Below, piece after piece: positions 26,078 through 37,500 of a DNA stretch of 64,000 nucleotides. The DNA is from Azolla caroliniana (taxonomy: Eukaryota > Plantae > Polypodiophyta): contig JBHGNT010000021.1 of assembly GCA_043228905.1 (NCBI GenBank), forward strand, positions 4,340,001-4,404,000, in the 5' to 3' direction. Below the pieces are notes generated by a model, which made no database searches, was not told the origin of the DNA, and saw only the letters and a program-made list of their open reading frames with translations. Made by a program: the position numbers and the translations under genes. Positions within the stretch are counted from its first letter, which is position 1; every line of letters begins with the position of its first letter.

Positions 26078-27251
26078 CCGAAGTCCTTCGTCACTCCCAA
26101 CCTGGATTCCTACCGACGCCGAGTAGTGGATGGTCTCAGCATGGCACGCCGCCACTTCTTCCATCAAACGCTTCATTCCTCCGCGTCCGATGTTTAACTC
26201 TAGGGCTCTACAGGTCTCACTAGCATGCACCCTCCTATTCCACAGGTACACCACGTTAGCCCTGAGCGCTTCCGCGAAGTCCCCACGGTCCTTCCGGACG
26301 TGACCGACCACGTCACACCACAAGCACCGATGCCCAGCCGGAGGCCTTTGGTCACGAGGCTGCTCGCCGTCGTCCCTCCTTGCCTGTGCAATCTGGAGGT
26401 CTTGTACCATCTGCATCAGCTCTTCCAAAGTCGCTCCTCCGGATGGGCCTTTGACCACGTTGGTCGATGTCAAGCCTGTCTCAAGCCAATCTCGGGTTTC
26501 CTCCCTTCGCGCCGGCGGGGGTTCCTTGAGCTTTCTTGCCACAACAGATCCCGCCCCCAATGAGCCCTTGTCGCCCCACTCAGGCCGTTTGTCAAAATGG
26601 CCGCAGACTCTCTTCACCACGGTCCAGTCGGTCGTCAGCCCGTCATCCGTCTCCAGTAGGAGACCCACCTGATCTCAATCCCGCACACAACGGATTTGAC
26701 AAACAACAAGACGCAGCTCGTGTCCAGCACTGCTCTGTCTAGCAAGAGAACCACCTGATCTCAATCCCGCACACAACGGATTTGACAAACAACAAGATGC
26801 GGCTCATGTCCAGCACTGCTCTGTCTAGCGTCGCGAAGCGTTCTTCAAACTCTCGGAAAAGCGTCGACGCATTCCTCCCCGTGGTCTCCACCCAATCCAT
26901 GAAGTCCCGCTTCGATAACCGAAGCGCGTCATCAACCCCGTACCGTTTGAGGAGCCGCACTTCGAATTCTTCCCAGGTCCGGCATCAAGCCTGCACCTCG
27001 AGGACCTCTACGTGGATGCTCGGTGTCGCCACCCGAGGGAACCTAGCCAGACGCCTTTCCTCCGGGATGTCCCTCATCACCATTTCGGCTCTGTAGGTTA
27101 CCAAAGAACTCGTGGTGTCCTTCCCATCGAACTGGCCTATTGCGCCGACAATTGCTTCAATGGCCCTAACAAGGGCGCTCCTGCCCTCGCGAGCACTTAC
27201 TATCCGATTGACTGCTGCCACCATGGCTTCGGTGAGCTTTGATCCCCTCAT
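26078..27251 (-). pseudogene. copy C gag 5' part
   Basis: ORFs 26985-27251 (MRGSKLTEAM...QFDGKD), 26739-26960 and 26006-26668 (degenerate knuckle CLWCDVVGHVRKDR). Confidence 0.85.
26665..26829. repeat. tandem duplication (79 bp x2 with 7-bp spacer) within gag of copy C
   Basis: CCACCTGATCTCAATCCCGCAC...CTGTCTAGC occurs at 26665-26743 and 26751-26829. Confidence 0.9.
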
Positions 27252-27274
27252 CTTTGACTCCTCTTCCGCCTTGT

Positions 27275-27292
27275 TTCAAGTCGTGTTCACCA
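27275..27292 (-). promoter_or_regulatory. primer-binding site of copy C (tRNA-Trp-like, 2 mismatches to copy B)
   Basis: TGGTGAACACGACTTGAA on the minus strand, 5 nt after the 5' LTR. Confidence 0.75.
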
Positions 27293-27297
27293 AATAA

Positions 27298-27942
27298 TGT
27301 CGTGTTATTCTGCACGCGCAGGAGAAACCAAGGCGGGACCGTAGGGGCCCTGAACCGGGGAATAACCGAACGGAGGGAGGAGCGACATGAAACCACGGTC
27401 GAGCCACGCACACAAATACACAGAGAACTCACAACAAAGATTGAACGAGTAAGGAAAATATATATTTATGATCAAGATTACAACTGGCTAGCCGGTAAGC
27501 GTCAACGCGCTGACACCAACTCACACAACACACACGGACAACGCAAGATGGAGCCTCTGCCGGAAGCACTCGGGCTTTCCACGAAGCAGAGGCAGCCTCC
27601 CAAAACTTGAAGAGAACGATGAAAGACAAAGGAGAAGAGCTCGGTCCCAGTCCGACAACACTTCATCCTCCACAACGCGATCCCCACTCAGTCCCTTTTC
27701 CTCTCCTTTTATAGCCCAAGGAGAGAGAGACATTCTAGTCTGTTAGATCCCTTTTATTATCTGTCCTTCCGGATAGAGATACTCCTCAATTCCCTACCTA
27801 ATGAATACATGCTACCTAGGATATTCACATCACCGATTTGTACCTAACTATGTACAATACATCAAAACATATGCATGTGTGTAAGGGCCGGTTCACGCTC
27901 TCTATTCACTGATTCCTCCTAGGGACGGTTTTCTCCACGACA
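27298..27942 (-). repeat. 5' LTR of copy C
   Basis: Partner of 16010-16656; followed on the minus strand by the PBS and the gag ATG. Confidence 0.95.
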
Positions 27943-30828
27943 GCGCACTCTCGAGCCTCTGTAACACCTTCTCGTAGTCATCAATGTGGTCCACTACGAA
28001 CCTCCGGCATCTGCCCGGTCCGACCAATTCGTCCATATCCTCCACCGGACAACCTCTGATCAGGACGTCGTCCAGGAATGGCATGGTGATGTCCAGGATA
28101 CTGTCCCTTCGCACCTTGTTCATTGCGTTCACCATGTGCGCCACTGAGTTGGTTCCTCCTTGCGGTAGGGTACACAACCGCATTAAACCGAGAGGAGTCC
28201 GCATTGTCGTAATATCCCTGCTCTCTATGGCTAGTTGGAATTGATTGTATCCTGAGTATAGATCATCAACCGAATAGATCGACCTTCCAGCGAAGGCCTC
28301 CGCGAACTCGTCAATGGTTGGTTCGATTCCTGGGTTTCGGATGGTCACTTTATTGACCGACTATAGGTCTTGACTGAAACGCAATGTGTCGTTCTTCTTC
28401 GGCACCGTAAACCACCAATTCGAATACGGGGCACTCGACGGCTCGGGGATGCCCATCTCCACCTTCTGCTTTAGTAGCTCCATCAATTTCAGGATGCCCA
28501 TCTCTTGGTACCAGAATCGGTTTGAGGTTCCACGGCACATACGGTATCGTGAAGATAACCATTGGTTCCACGATCGTCGAGTCCACGCACCCGATCTCCT
28601 CCGGCGAGAATGTGAAGGCCTTTCCGTGCCTCCCGAGCATCCTCTGAAACCGTTCCTCCTCCGCTGGCAATAAAAAGCCACCCCCACCGATCTTGACCTC
28701 CCGTAGCGTTTTGTCGGTGAACCGGTGTCCTATGTTGGTCGAATTCTGCAAACTTGGGTCCGACGCGACCCCCTTTTATCGTTCCTCGCTACCCTCCGGC
28801 AAGGGAGTCGCCACCAGCCTCACCTTTCGGTCCACAGTCTTGTATTTCGTGTTTACGCGGACCGTTCGATCCAACCCGAACTCTTCCCCAAAGCCCGCAA
28901 TGACTTCGTATATTTCCACGAAACCAACCGGAATCACCCGGTCTTCACTGAGGCCACCCTCGAGCACCTTTCCCACCTCTCCAAGGGTGTCGTCGAAAGA
29001 GACCGCCTCCACGGTGCCGCTGATTTCTTTGTCAGGACTGAGGGCTCCGCACTCCCTGAGACACTCCTACACCGGTTTCTTTTCCCTACCGCTGACACCG
29101 GTTATCTTACAACCTCCGTTGTCGGAGAACCAAAACTTCCTACCTATGGTACACATGTGGGGTTCCTCCAGGGTGTCCGGACTATCACTACCCCACGCCT
29201 TGATAGCCCTCGCTAAAAATCCCCTCGATCGTCGCTGTCGAGGGTCTCTCGGTTGCACTCGTGGTTCAGTCGTACCGTAAGGAACTGAACGGAGTGGCGT
29301 CCATCTTGGCTTTTTACCCTTGCGTACGTTGAACCGTTATCCAACACCTTGGTCTCCATACGGGCTGCCATAATGCATGGCTCGCTGAGGATAACCGGGT
29401 GTGAGGATGTTTCCTGCACAAAGAAGTGCTGGTCTATTTCGACATCACCGATCTTCACGCGCACATTCGGGCACGCTCCGTGCAGCTCCTCAGTAGCGCG
29501 TGTAGCCACGCATGTTTTCAACCCGTGCTTGGTGTTGATAGGTCATTTGCCCTTTTTGTAGAAGTCCATGGACATCATGTTTATTTCGGAGCCATGGTCT
29601 ATCAATGCTACCACCGGCTCCTGGACATTCCCGATCCGTACCGAGGTCTCTGTAGTAATTGTTGCCTAGTGTAACTTCGAGTAATGGCTCTCCACCAATT
29701 CATCCTCCAGGGCCTCGTCCTCCAGGTGCGTCGTCCGCACTTCCATGGGCTTCTCCGGTTCCGGCTCCGTCGAGAGTCGTTTACACTTTACCAAGTCCAC
29801 GATGGAATCGTGGAACTCCTTCTTCGCGATTCCGAGTACTTCTCTCAATGACGGCTCCACCTTGTTGTCGAGGATCCGCTCTTCGAGGACCTTCCACAAG
29901 TCTGTCGATCTCTCAATATCCGTGCCCAGCCGGTAACCGACCTGCTTCATTTTGTCCGGTATGCCAGGATTACCAGCATCATTCTTCCTTGGTTCAAATC
30001 GAGTCTCGTACCGGTTTGCGGGTCCAATTCCTCTGGCTCTCCCCGCTGGCTTGTCCTCTACCAGAACTTCGTAGTTCTGGCACGCCGCTTCCACAAATCC
30101 GGTCTTCTCCTCAACCGGATTGGACCACCCTGTAACTTCTCAGACCCGCTGCTCTGCGCGGTCCGCTTTCTCCCTCTCCAGTCGCACCCCAAAGAGGCCT
30201 TTTAGCACCAACGGCCAGGATCTGGAGTCCTTCGTCTTTTGGCCTTCGTCGCTCCCGACCCAGATCCTGACTGACGCTGAATAGTGGACGGCCTCTACAT
30301 GGCACGCCACAGCTTGCTCCATCAGTCATTTCATTCCTCCATGTCCGGCATTCACCTCCAGGGCTCTCCGGGTGTCACTAGCATGCACTCGCCCGTTCCA
30401 CAGGTATACCACGTTACTTCTGGGCGCTTTCGTAAACATTGCACAATCTCTCCTGTTGTGGTCGACCGCGTCACACCACATGCATTGTTTTCCTACCGGA
30501 GGCCTCTGGTCACGCAATTGTTCTCCACTGTCTCTCTAGGCCTGTGTGATCTGGAGGTTGCGCACCATCTGCGTTAGCTCTTCTAAAGCCGCTCCTCCGG
30601 ATAGACCCTTGACCACGCCGGTTAGGGCCGAGCCCGACTCGAGCCAACTTTGGGTCTCTTCCTTTCGCGCCGGCAATGGCTCCTCAGACTTGCCATAGCC
30701 GGTCCTGTTGTCGCCGAATCGTCGCTCCACTCGTGCTGCTGTCGAAACGGTTGCAGACTCTCTTTACCATAGCCAAGTCGGTCGTGAGCCCTTCATTTGT
30801 CTCCAGTAGGAGACCCACCTGTTCCCGA

Positions 30829-31587
30829 TGTCGTGCCTTTCGGCTCCGGATCGTTTGCGTGAGTCGGGTGGGAACCACTGAGGTTTTGGACTAGGAAGAG
30901 GAGAGTTTTAAGGCTAATAAGAATATAAATATGTTGTAAGAAAGAGTTATAGCAAACTCGTGAATCCCACGAGTGTATTGTATTAGATTAATCAATATGA
31001 ATATAAGAATATAAACTTCGGTTGAAAGAGAATGATATAGAATTCTCGTGAATCCCACGAGTATAGTTTATTAATTGGTGTTTTTTAGAAACATATCCAG
31101 TTTCCAAGTATTTCACACACTATTACATTGTGCTCCCCATCCTTATGTAGTGATGGGAGAGACTAAGCATAGCTACATGTTTTTTCTCTAATATGTTCAT
31201 GCACACTAAATGTGCATGTGATGCTTTTCTAATCCTTGCTTTTATTTGCTAAATATAGTGCTCATGCACGCTAGATGTGCATGAGTCACTTTTTAGTTGC
31301 TTGCGTTTTTCTATAAAATATTCACGCACTCTAAAAATGCACGATTTACCTTTTAATAAAGGTAGGCGCAAATAAAGGACTTATAGTTATTAAATCTATT
31401 TATAGAACACTAAAGATAAGGTAGTATAATGGTAAAGTTGAGGTTTGGCTACGTGGAGGTACAGGGTTCGAATCTTGCCTTATGCACGTGATAAATATTT
31501 TGATATATTATTTTATTTATTTATATGTAATTAAATCGGTTATATTATTTTTACTTTTTCACGTAGTGTACGAAACACACTACGACA
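30829..31587 (-). repeat. AT-rich solo LTR E (759 bp) inserted in the gag of copy B
   Basis: TGTCGT...ACGACA termini with a perfect 4-bp TSD CCGA. Orientation is inferred from weak similarity of the 30829 end to the U5 ends of the other LTRs. Confidence 0.85.
31415..31486 (+). other. degenerate tRNA-like sequence (Pol III A and B boxes) inside solo LTR E
   Basis: A box TAGTATAATGG (31422-31432), B box GGTTCGAATC (31465-31474), acceptor-like stem ATAAGG/CCTTAT, T4 run at 31498-31501. The anticodon arm does not pair. Confidence 0.6.
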
Positions 31588-32118
31588 CCGATCCTGCACG
31601 TCCACAGATTTGACGAATAACAGGACATAGCTCATGTCAAGCACAGTCATGTCTAATGTCGAGAGCCAGGCAAACTGTTTCTCGAACTCCTGAAGGACCA
31701 TCGACGTGTTCCTCCCCTTTCCGGGGGTCTCAACCCATTCCATGAAGTCTCGCTTCGACAACCGAAGCGAGTCTTATTACCCATACCTTTCGAGAAGTCG
31801 CCCTTTGAACTCTTCCCAGGTCTGGCAGCCAGCCTACACCTCAAGCACCTCCACGTGGATGCCCGGTGTCACCACCCGAGGGAATCCGGACAGTCGTCTG
31901 TCCTCCGGGATGTCCCTCATGATCATCTCAGCCCGATAGGCCTCCAAATAACTTGTTGCGTTCTTCCCCCCGAACCGGCCTATCATGCCAACAATAGACT
32001 CGATGCCCCTATCGAGGGTACCCGTACCCTCACGAGCGCTCACTAGCTGGTCAACGGTTGCCGCCATGGCTTCAGTGAGTTCGGATCCTCTCATCTTCCA
32101 ATTCTTATGCCGCCTTGT

Positions 32119-32136
32119 TTCACGTCGGGTTCACCA
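32119..32136 (-). promoter_or_regulatory. primer-binding site of copy B complementary to tRNA-Trp 3' end
   Basis: Plus strand TTCACGTCGGGTTCACCA matches the 3' end of plant cytosolic tRNA-Trp(CCA) as I recall it. It lies 6 nt from the LTR. Confidence 0.8.
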
Positions 32137-32142
32137 AATTAA

Positions 32143-32706
32143 TGTCGTGTTGTTGCGCGTGCGTGTAGGAAACTAAGGCGGGACCACGAGGGTCCTGGAC
32201 CGAGGAGTGTGCGAAGATAGAAGGAAAAGAGGAAGGAAAGAGAAAGAACGGCGAACACTAGGTACCGGCAAGCACAACACTTGCCAGTTCAGATAGGGAC
32301 TCGGCAACACGCCAAAGATAGACAGAGATTACACTTAGGAAGAATCGATTTCAACCAAACAGAGACTACAACATGGATTGATACAAGAAAAACAAAGATC
32401 AGTGCTCGGTTCCTAGTCCGACAACACTTCCTCCTCCCCAAAACGTGATCCCCCCTCAATCTTTCCTCCCCCTCCTTTATAGGCCACTCCGGGTGGGCCG
32501 TTACATCCTAGTTACATCACCTTTATTCTCTATCTTTTCGGACAGAGATACGCCTTGATTTGCTAACCTATTAATATGTTTATACTTACATCACGCCGAC
32601 CTATTCTTAAATAAGGTACATTAACTTAAATTGGTGTGTATCCGTGTAAAACCCGTTCACGCGCTAGGACTTCCATTTCCTCCTATGGCCAGTTTTCTCC
32701 ACAACA
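32143..32706 (-). repeat. 5' LTR of copy B
   Basis: Partner of 13290-13853, same length (564 bp). Confidence 0.95.
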
Positions 32707-33190
32707 ATGCGGTCCTAAAAAATGATAGAATTGACAACTAGGCAAAGGAGTGAGAAGAAACAAATGGAAGCTTGTATGTCAAGATTAAGAATGTGGGAGT
32801 AGTTGTCAATTACTTCTTCTACGACATTATATGGTTATATAATTTGGGGAAGTTCACTCAATTGAAGAGGAGTGAGTTGCAACATTTTTTAGCATTGTGA
32901 AACTCTAACCGAAGTCATATGTAGAAGGTGGGGTGAGTATGGATAGTGGGTGGGTCAAAGTGTCAAGAATTCACGATGTTGCATAAGTTCCATTGTGTTG
33001 TCTTGACGGGTGGTAGAGCATTCATTGGTATGATTTTTGGGCACCCAAGTGTAAGAAGACATGCATTTCTTTGTGTTTTTTTAATTGTGGGGATAGCCTG
33101 TAAGGCTTGGGATTTTGTCACTACCCACAAAATTGTAGGAAGCCAAAATTATGTTGCCCCAATGAACCACCCTTGGCCTTTATTAAGAAC

Positions 33191-33410
33191 TATTGGCATA
33201 TGGCAGATGGTATATGAATTTTGTCTATCAATTGTGGGTGTGTAACCCCATTCACCTAGATTTTGTCTCATTTTGGTTTGGCCAATGTCTTGGGTTTGTG
33301 TATTGGCATATGGCAGATGGTATATGACTTTTGTCTATCAATTGTGGGTGTGTAACCCCATTCACCTAGATTTTGTCTTATTTTGGTTTGGCCAATGTCT
33401 TGGGTTTGTG
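33191..33410. repeat. 110-bp tandem duplication
   Basis: TATTGGCATATGGCAGATGG...TGGGTTTGTG at 33191-33300 and 33301-33410, with 2 mismatches seen. Confidence 0.92.
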
Positions 33411-33493
33411 TATCTTGGTGTGTTTCGCAACCAAAACATGTGCTTCCGAGGGGCTAACCTTGAGTCATAGTTAGCTTTTTTAATACTCTCAAG

Positions 33494-33759
33494 CATAGTA
33501 CATAAAATTCGTGTTTGTCTAGCATAACATCCGTTTTCCTACATTGGAAAACAAATGCGAATGTTATTCAAACATTCTTGTGTTTCTTTTTGTTTTTTCC
33601 CCATTTTCTTAATGTTTTCTTTTTTCTTTTTTCCATTTTTTTAGGCTTATTTACCTCATAATAAATATTTAATCCAAAAGTATGGTATTTATCATTCTTT
33701 GAGGGTGTTTTTCTTACGCGAATGCGAATGCACGTATGGTACGTGTGGTTCATACTATG
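33494..33759. mobile_element. hAT-like MITE (266 bp)
   Basis: Short TIR CATAGTA...TACTATG and a perfect 8-bp TSD CTCTCAAG (33486-33493, 33760-33767). A related copy lies at 38844. Confidence 0.85.
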
Positions 33760-33802
33760 CTCTCAAGTTTCCTTCCAAACCCTTTTGTGGGCCTTCAACC
33801 AT

Positions 33803-34524
33803 TGTTAATGTGTCCATTCACCAACACATTACATGTAGTCTGTATAGGGGTTGAACCATTGCCTCAACCAAGTTGTTGGAGCAAACAATGTATGAATCAT
33901 ATGTTCAAAGATTGAGTTGTGGCCTCTGAATATTTGTGACATATTTATAAGTTTAAACATCAGAAAGAGCATTTTTACAATTATGAATTAATATAGGCCC
34001 TATATATTTAAGGCCATAAGTGTAATTTGAGGGAATGATTCGCCTAAATTTGAATATGCTCATTTTTATCAATATTAAAATAAGGTTCAAAAAACTTCTA
34101 GAAACTTGGAAAGAATTCTAGAAACATCTCAACCACTCTAATGAGGGTGATGAGTAACCTACTATAAAAAATGGAATTAAGGAAGAAAATAATCAATCAA
34201 TCAAGGAGTAAAGTAAAGAAGCATGCAATAACATTAGGGAAAAAGAGCGTGAAGTGAGGAAGAAGAATAATAATAGTAATATAGAAGAAAAAGAAGAAGA
34301 CAATGATGAGGGAGAATTAGAGGGAGAAAAGGCAGAGTTGATCGTGAAAAGGAAAATGAATGAAGGTGATAACGAAGCAGGAGGGGGGAAGGGAGACCGG
34401 GGTGTAGCCTATCACAAAAAAATTTGTCTAATTTCACCTGGTTCCTTCTAATTAAGACACTATGGGAAGAAGTGAAAGGTTTATAGTTTCACCATAATTT
34501 TACCTCTATCTTGTACATTTAACA
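33803..34524. repeat. possible old solo LTR
   Basis: TGTTAA...TTAACA termini, internal CTATAAA and purine-rich stretch. No matching TSD found. Confidence 0.3.
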
Positions 34525-34575
34525 TAACTACATATAAACCCCTTTTAGTCTTCAAGGCTATTTCCTAAGGTTTCT

Positions 34576-35170
34576 CTAAATCTTGTCAAATTTTCTTTGT
34601 ATCATACTTGGTGTTTGGGTACCAATGTCAACGTCCATGTCATCAAAGTGTAGGAAGTAGGTGTACAACAAGGGATTGATTACCTTTGCATTCAGTCTAT
34701 TACAATCCCCAAAGCTATGGACTAGGAATTCTACGATCAAATTTAGGAAGTGGGATACGCCCACAAGGCATTATGATGTATCTCTTTTTTTTTCAAAGGT
34801 GAACTAATGGGTCCTTATAAAATCAATACCCCGTTTGTTGAATGATTGATAAGCTAAAGCCTAAAACTAGTGCCAATGGGTTCTAATTGGCATTGAGTGG
34901 ATTTTTTTTGTTTTTCGCACTTATTGCATAATTTAACTTACTCTTTGATGGTGGATTTAACAAGGTGGCATGTAGGATCTTATAGGATGTGATGTTTCTA
35001 CCATCACTCCCATAAAGTCATGGTCTAGAATGCATTGTCGTAAGATGTGATCATTGCCTCCTTTATAGAGGTGCCTTTGTATCATGGTATATTGCTTATG
35101 ATACCATACCAAGGGTCTAGTGGTCTCATTACCTAGTTGTTGCAAGAAGAGTCCCTTTGTTAGCACTTGG
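34576..35170 (-). pseudogene. degenerate gypsy integrase remnant
   Basis: Fragments HLYKGGNDHILRQCI and GIDFIRP-like resemble gypsy integrase N-terminal and core motifs. Confidence 0.5.
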
Positions 35171-37206
35171 GCAATGACTAATGCCTATTTGAGTATCATG
35201 TCTATCGTGAATAGAATTGTGTTAAATGTACCATCATCAGATTTCAATGAAACACCTCAATGAATTGTTGATAATATCCAGCATACCCCATAAAAGCTAG
35301 GAGTTTCTTTTTGTCTTTTGAGGTGCAACATATCTAGTATGAGTTTGACCTTTGCCTTGTTTATGGTGATCCCATATTTCGACACTTCATGCCTTAATAT
35401 TACTCCATGTCTCACCTAGATTGGCATCTAAGAGGGTTCACTTAGAGTTTTGGTCAAAAGTAGTACCAAATTATTTGTCCATGCATGCACTTGAGTTCAA
35501 ATCTCACTATATGTAATACTTTAATAGATGCAACCACTAAATGTAGAAGTTGAGCACATGACTTTCTAGTCTCTGACAAACAACCTTATGTCCTAGGCCA
35601 CAACAACCTCCCTCTCTATTTGACTCTTTATTTACCCGTTTTCACGTTTGATGGTGGAAGTTCTATCTGTAAATAGTTGCTATCAATTATATCTATAAGA
35701 TTCTGTCGATCTTAAACCATTGGACAAGACATGTTTACTCTCATTTCAAGTGTATGCTTTTCGTAAGAGGCCAATTACATCATTCACTTCCAAGATCAGT
35801 TCATCAAAAGTCAAGTGAGGTGGTTGCTATAGCTACATGGAAGTTAGCAAAAGACATATTTTACTCTTTACTAAGCATATGCATGTTTCTCTTGAAGGGA
35901 CTACTACCACTACTAGCTAGGTAGGTAGGTACTAGTCAATCATTTTGAAGTTGGCATTTAATCGACCTTAAATGCTAAAAGACCACAAGTATTAAGATAT
36001 ATTCACTCTTGAGTGCATGCTTTTCATCGGCTTACATCACTCGATTGAAGGTTCTAAATAGTTGCTCTCGAGCTCATGCCTTAACAGTAAAAACCCATTC
36101 TACTCCATGCCTATCTATGTTGCTTCAACCCCGGGTTTGTTTGTTGGAGATGACGCGGTTTGTTTGCTTTTTTAGCTCAGCTAAGATTCCCCTATTGAAA
36201 AGTTAGCTTCATTTGCAGACACACAAAACATGTCGATCCCACCGAAACCCCACCTTCCTCCAAGCACACATTTATGTCACCCAAAGAAACCGTACATGGA
36301 CACCACTCGGACCCATCTAAGATTTCTCATATCGAAGACTTCTCTTCATTTCCAGACCCATGGAACATGTTCCAACCTCTGTCAACCTTATTAGTTTCGG
36401 ACCCACAAAAGATGTGCAAACCACCACATCCCCCTTGGCACATGTTTGTGTCAATGGCAGAAATCTGTGTAGGCACTAGGCACAATTCGAACCTTACACC
36501 AAATCAAAGTCTGAGGGAAACCTTGGGCTAACTAAGAATCATGCACAATCTGAATCTTCAAAATGATAAATTTAGTGCTTAAATTACTTCCATGAGACTT
36601 TACACCCATCGTTAACCTTTCTCCCCCAAGTGCATCATAGAAACCTCTGATATAGAGTGATTTGTTGACAAATAAGAAGGCATCTACATCCAGTAGTTGG
36701 TATTCCATGGATTCGCAGACTCGTGGTCATCATGTTTTTGTCATTCCAGACATACCCCAAAAAATTGGAATGGATTCTGCCACAATTTCGATGCGGAACA
36801 AAACCTGCAACTTGGAATATAATTTCATCCCATTACCCAGAATCAGGCATCAAATCTGCCCAATGAATAATTTATTTCGAATACATCGACCACAATTGAG
36901 TGCACACTCCGCACTAAGTATATATATAATAAGTTTGTTTTTAAAGACATCAATCACTCTTGGTTCCGAAATGTCACCACTCTCAATTCTAGACTCCAAC
37001 TCAAAAATCAAACCAAAAAAAGATTGATTAATTGGATCGCGGACAAGGTCAATTGATCATGGATTGCAGAGAAGATCAATTGAACATGATCTTGTTTGAC
37101 CATTGCTACAATGTTTCGTGGGACTTATGTTCATTGAATTTCCAGTTGCCACCTATAATGGTCTCTGGAGATTCTCCCTCAATCATTCAATCATTCAATC
37201 AATTAA

Positions 37207-37247
<41 letters not shown>

Positions 37248-37500
37248 GTTGGTTACAAGCAATAACGATTTTTGAACATACAGATATACACTTTGAGGAG
37301 CCATGGCTCATCCTGCCATTATTATGAACAGACACGTGAAGTACATAACATGGAGGGCAAAAGACCTCTCAAAGTTTGTGTGCATATACTTTAATGGTGA
37401 TTATGTACAAGAAAAACAGAAAATCCAGGGTTTTTCACATTGAATGGCCGAAGAAGAAAACTCGGACTATTTGCAAGATCAAGTGTTATAATATCATGAG

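Larger units (their letters stand above)
16010..27942 (-). mobile_element. gypsy-type copy C nested in the RT of copy B
   Basis: Paired LTRs at 16010-16656 and 27298-27942. The flanks rejoin to B's LQRLESA|RLTFSGEK. Confidence 0.95.
27943..32094 (-). pseudogene. copy B gag-protease and pol 5' part, interrupted by solo LTR E
   Basis: ORFs 31834-32094 (gag start), 30326-30517 (CMWCDAVDHNRRDC), 29213-29521 (protease C-terminus ending GDF-stop) and 27902-28348 (RT, PFLDD). Confidence 0.88.
13290..32706 (-). mobile_element. gypsy-type copy B, full-length outer element carrying nested C, D and solo LTR E
   Basis: Paired 564-bp LTRs at 13290-13853 and 32143-32706, PPT next to 13853, PBS next to 32143. 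The internal coding sequence resumes across each nested insertion. Confidence 0.95.

Noticed and set aside
31415-31486. Functional tRNA gene
   Set aside because: The anticodon and D arms do not pair and the T stem lacks a base. Kept only as a tRNA-derived sequence.
22-32176. Many antisense and alternate-frame ORFs of 100-215 aa recurring in each gypsy copy (e.g. 1601-2128, 21705-22349, 28693-29280)
   Set aside because: They are expected shadows of GC-rich coding sequence. Boundaries differ between copies and no motifs are recognisable. No env-like extra ORF fits between pol and the PPT.
33191-33410. CRISPR-like or satellite array
   Set aside because: Only two adjacent units with no spacers in a eukaryotic context; an ordinary tandem duplication.
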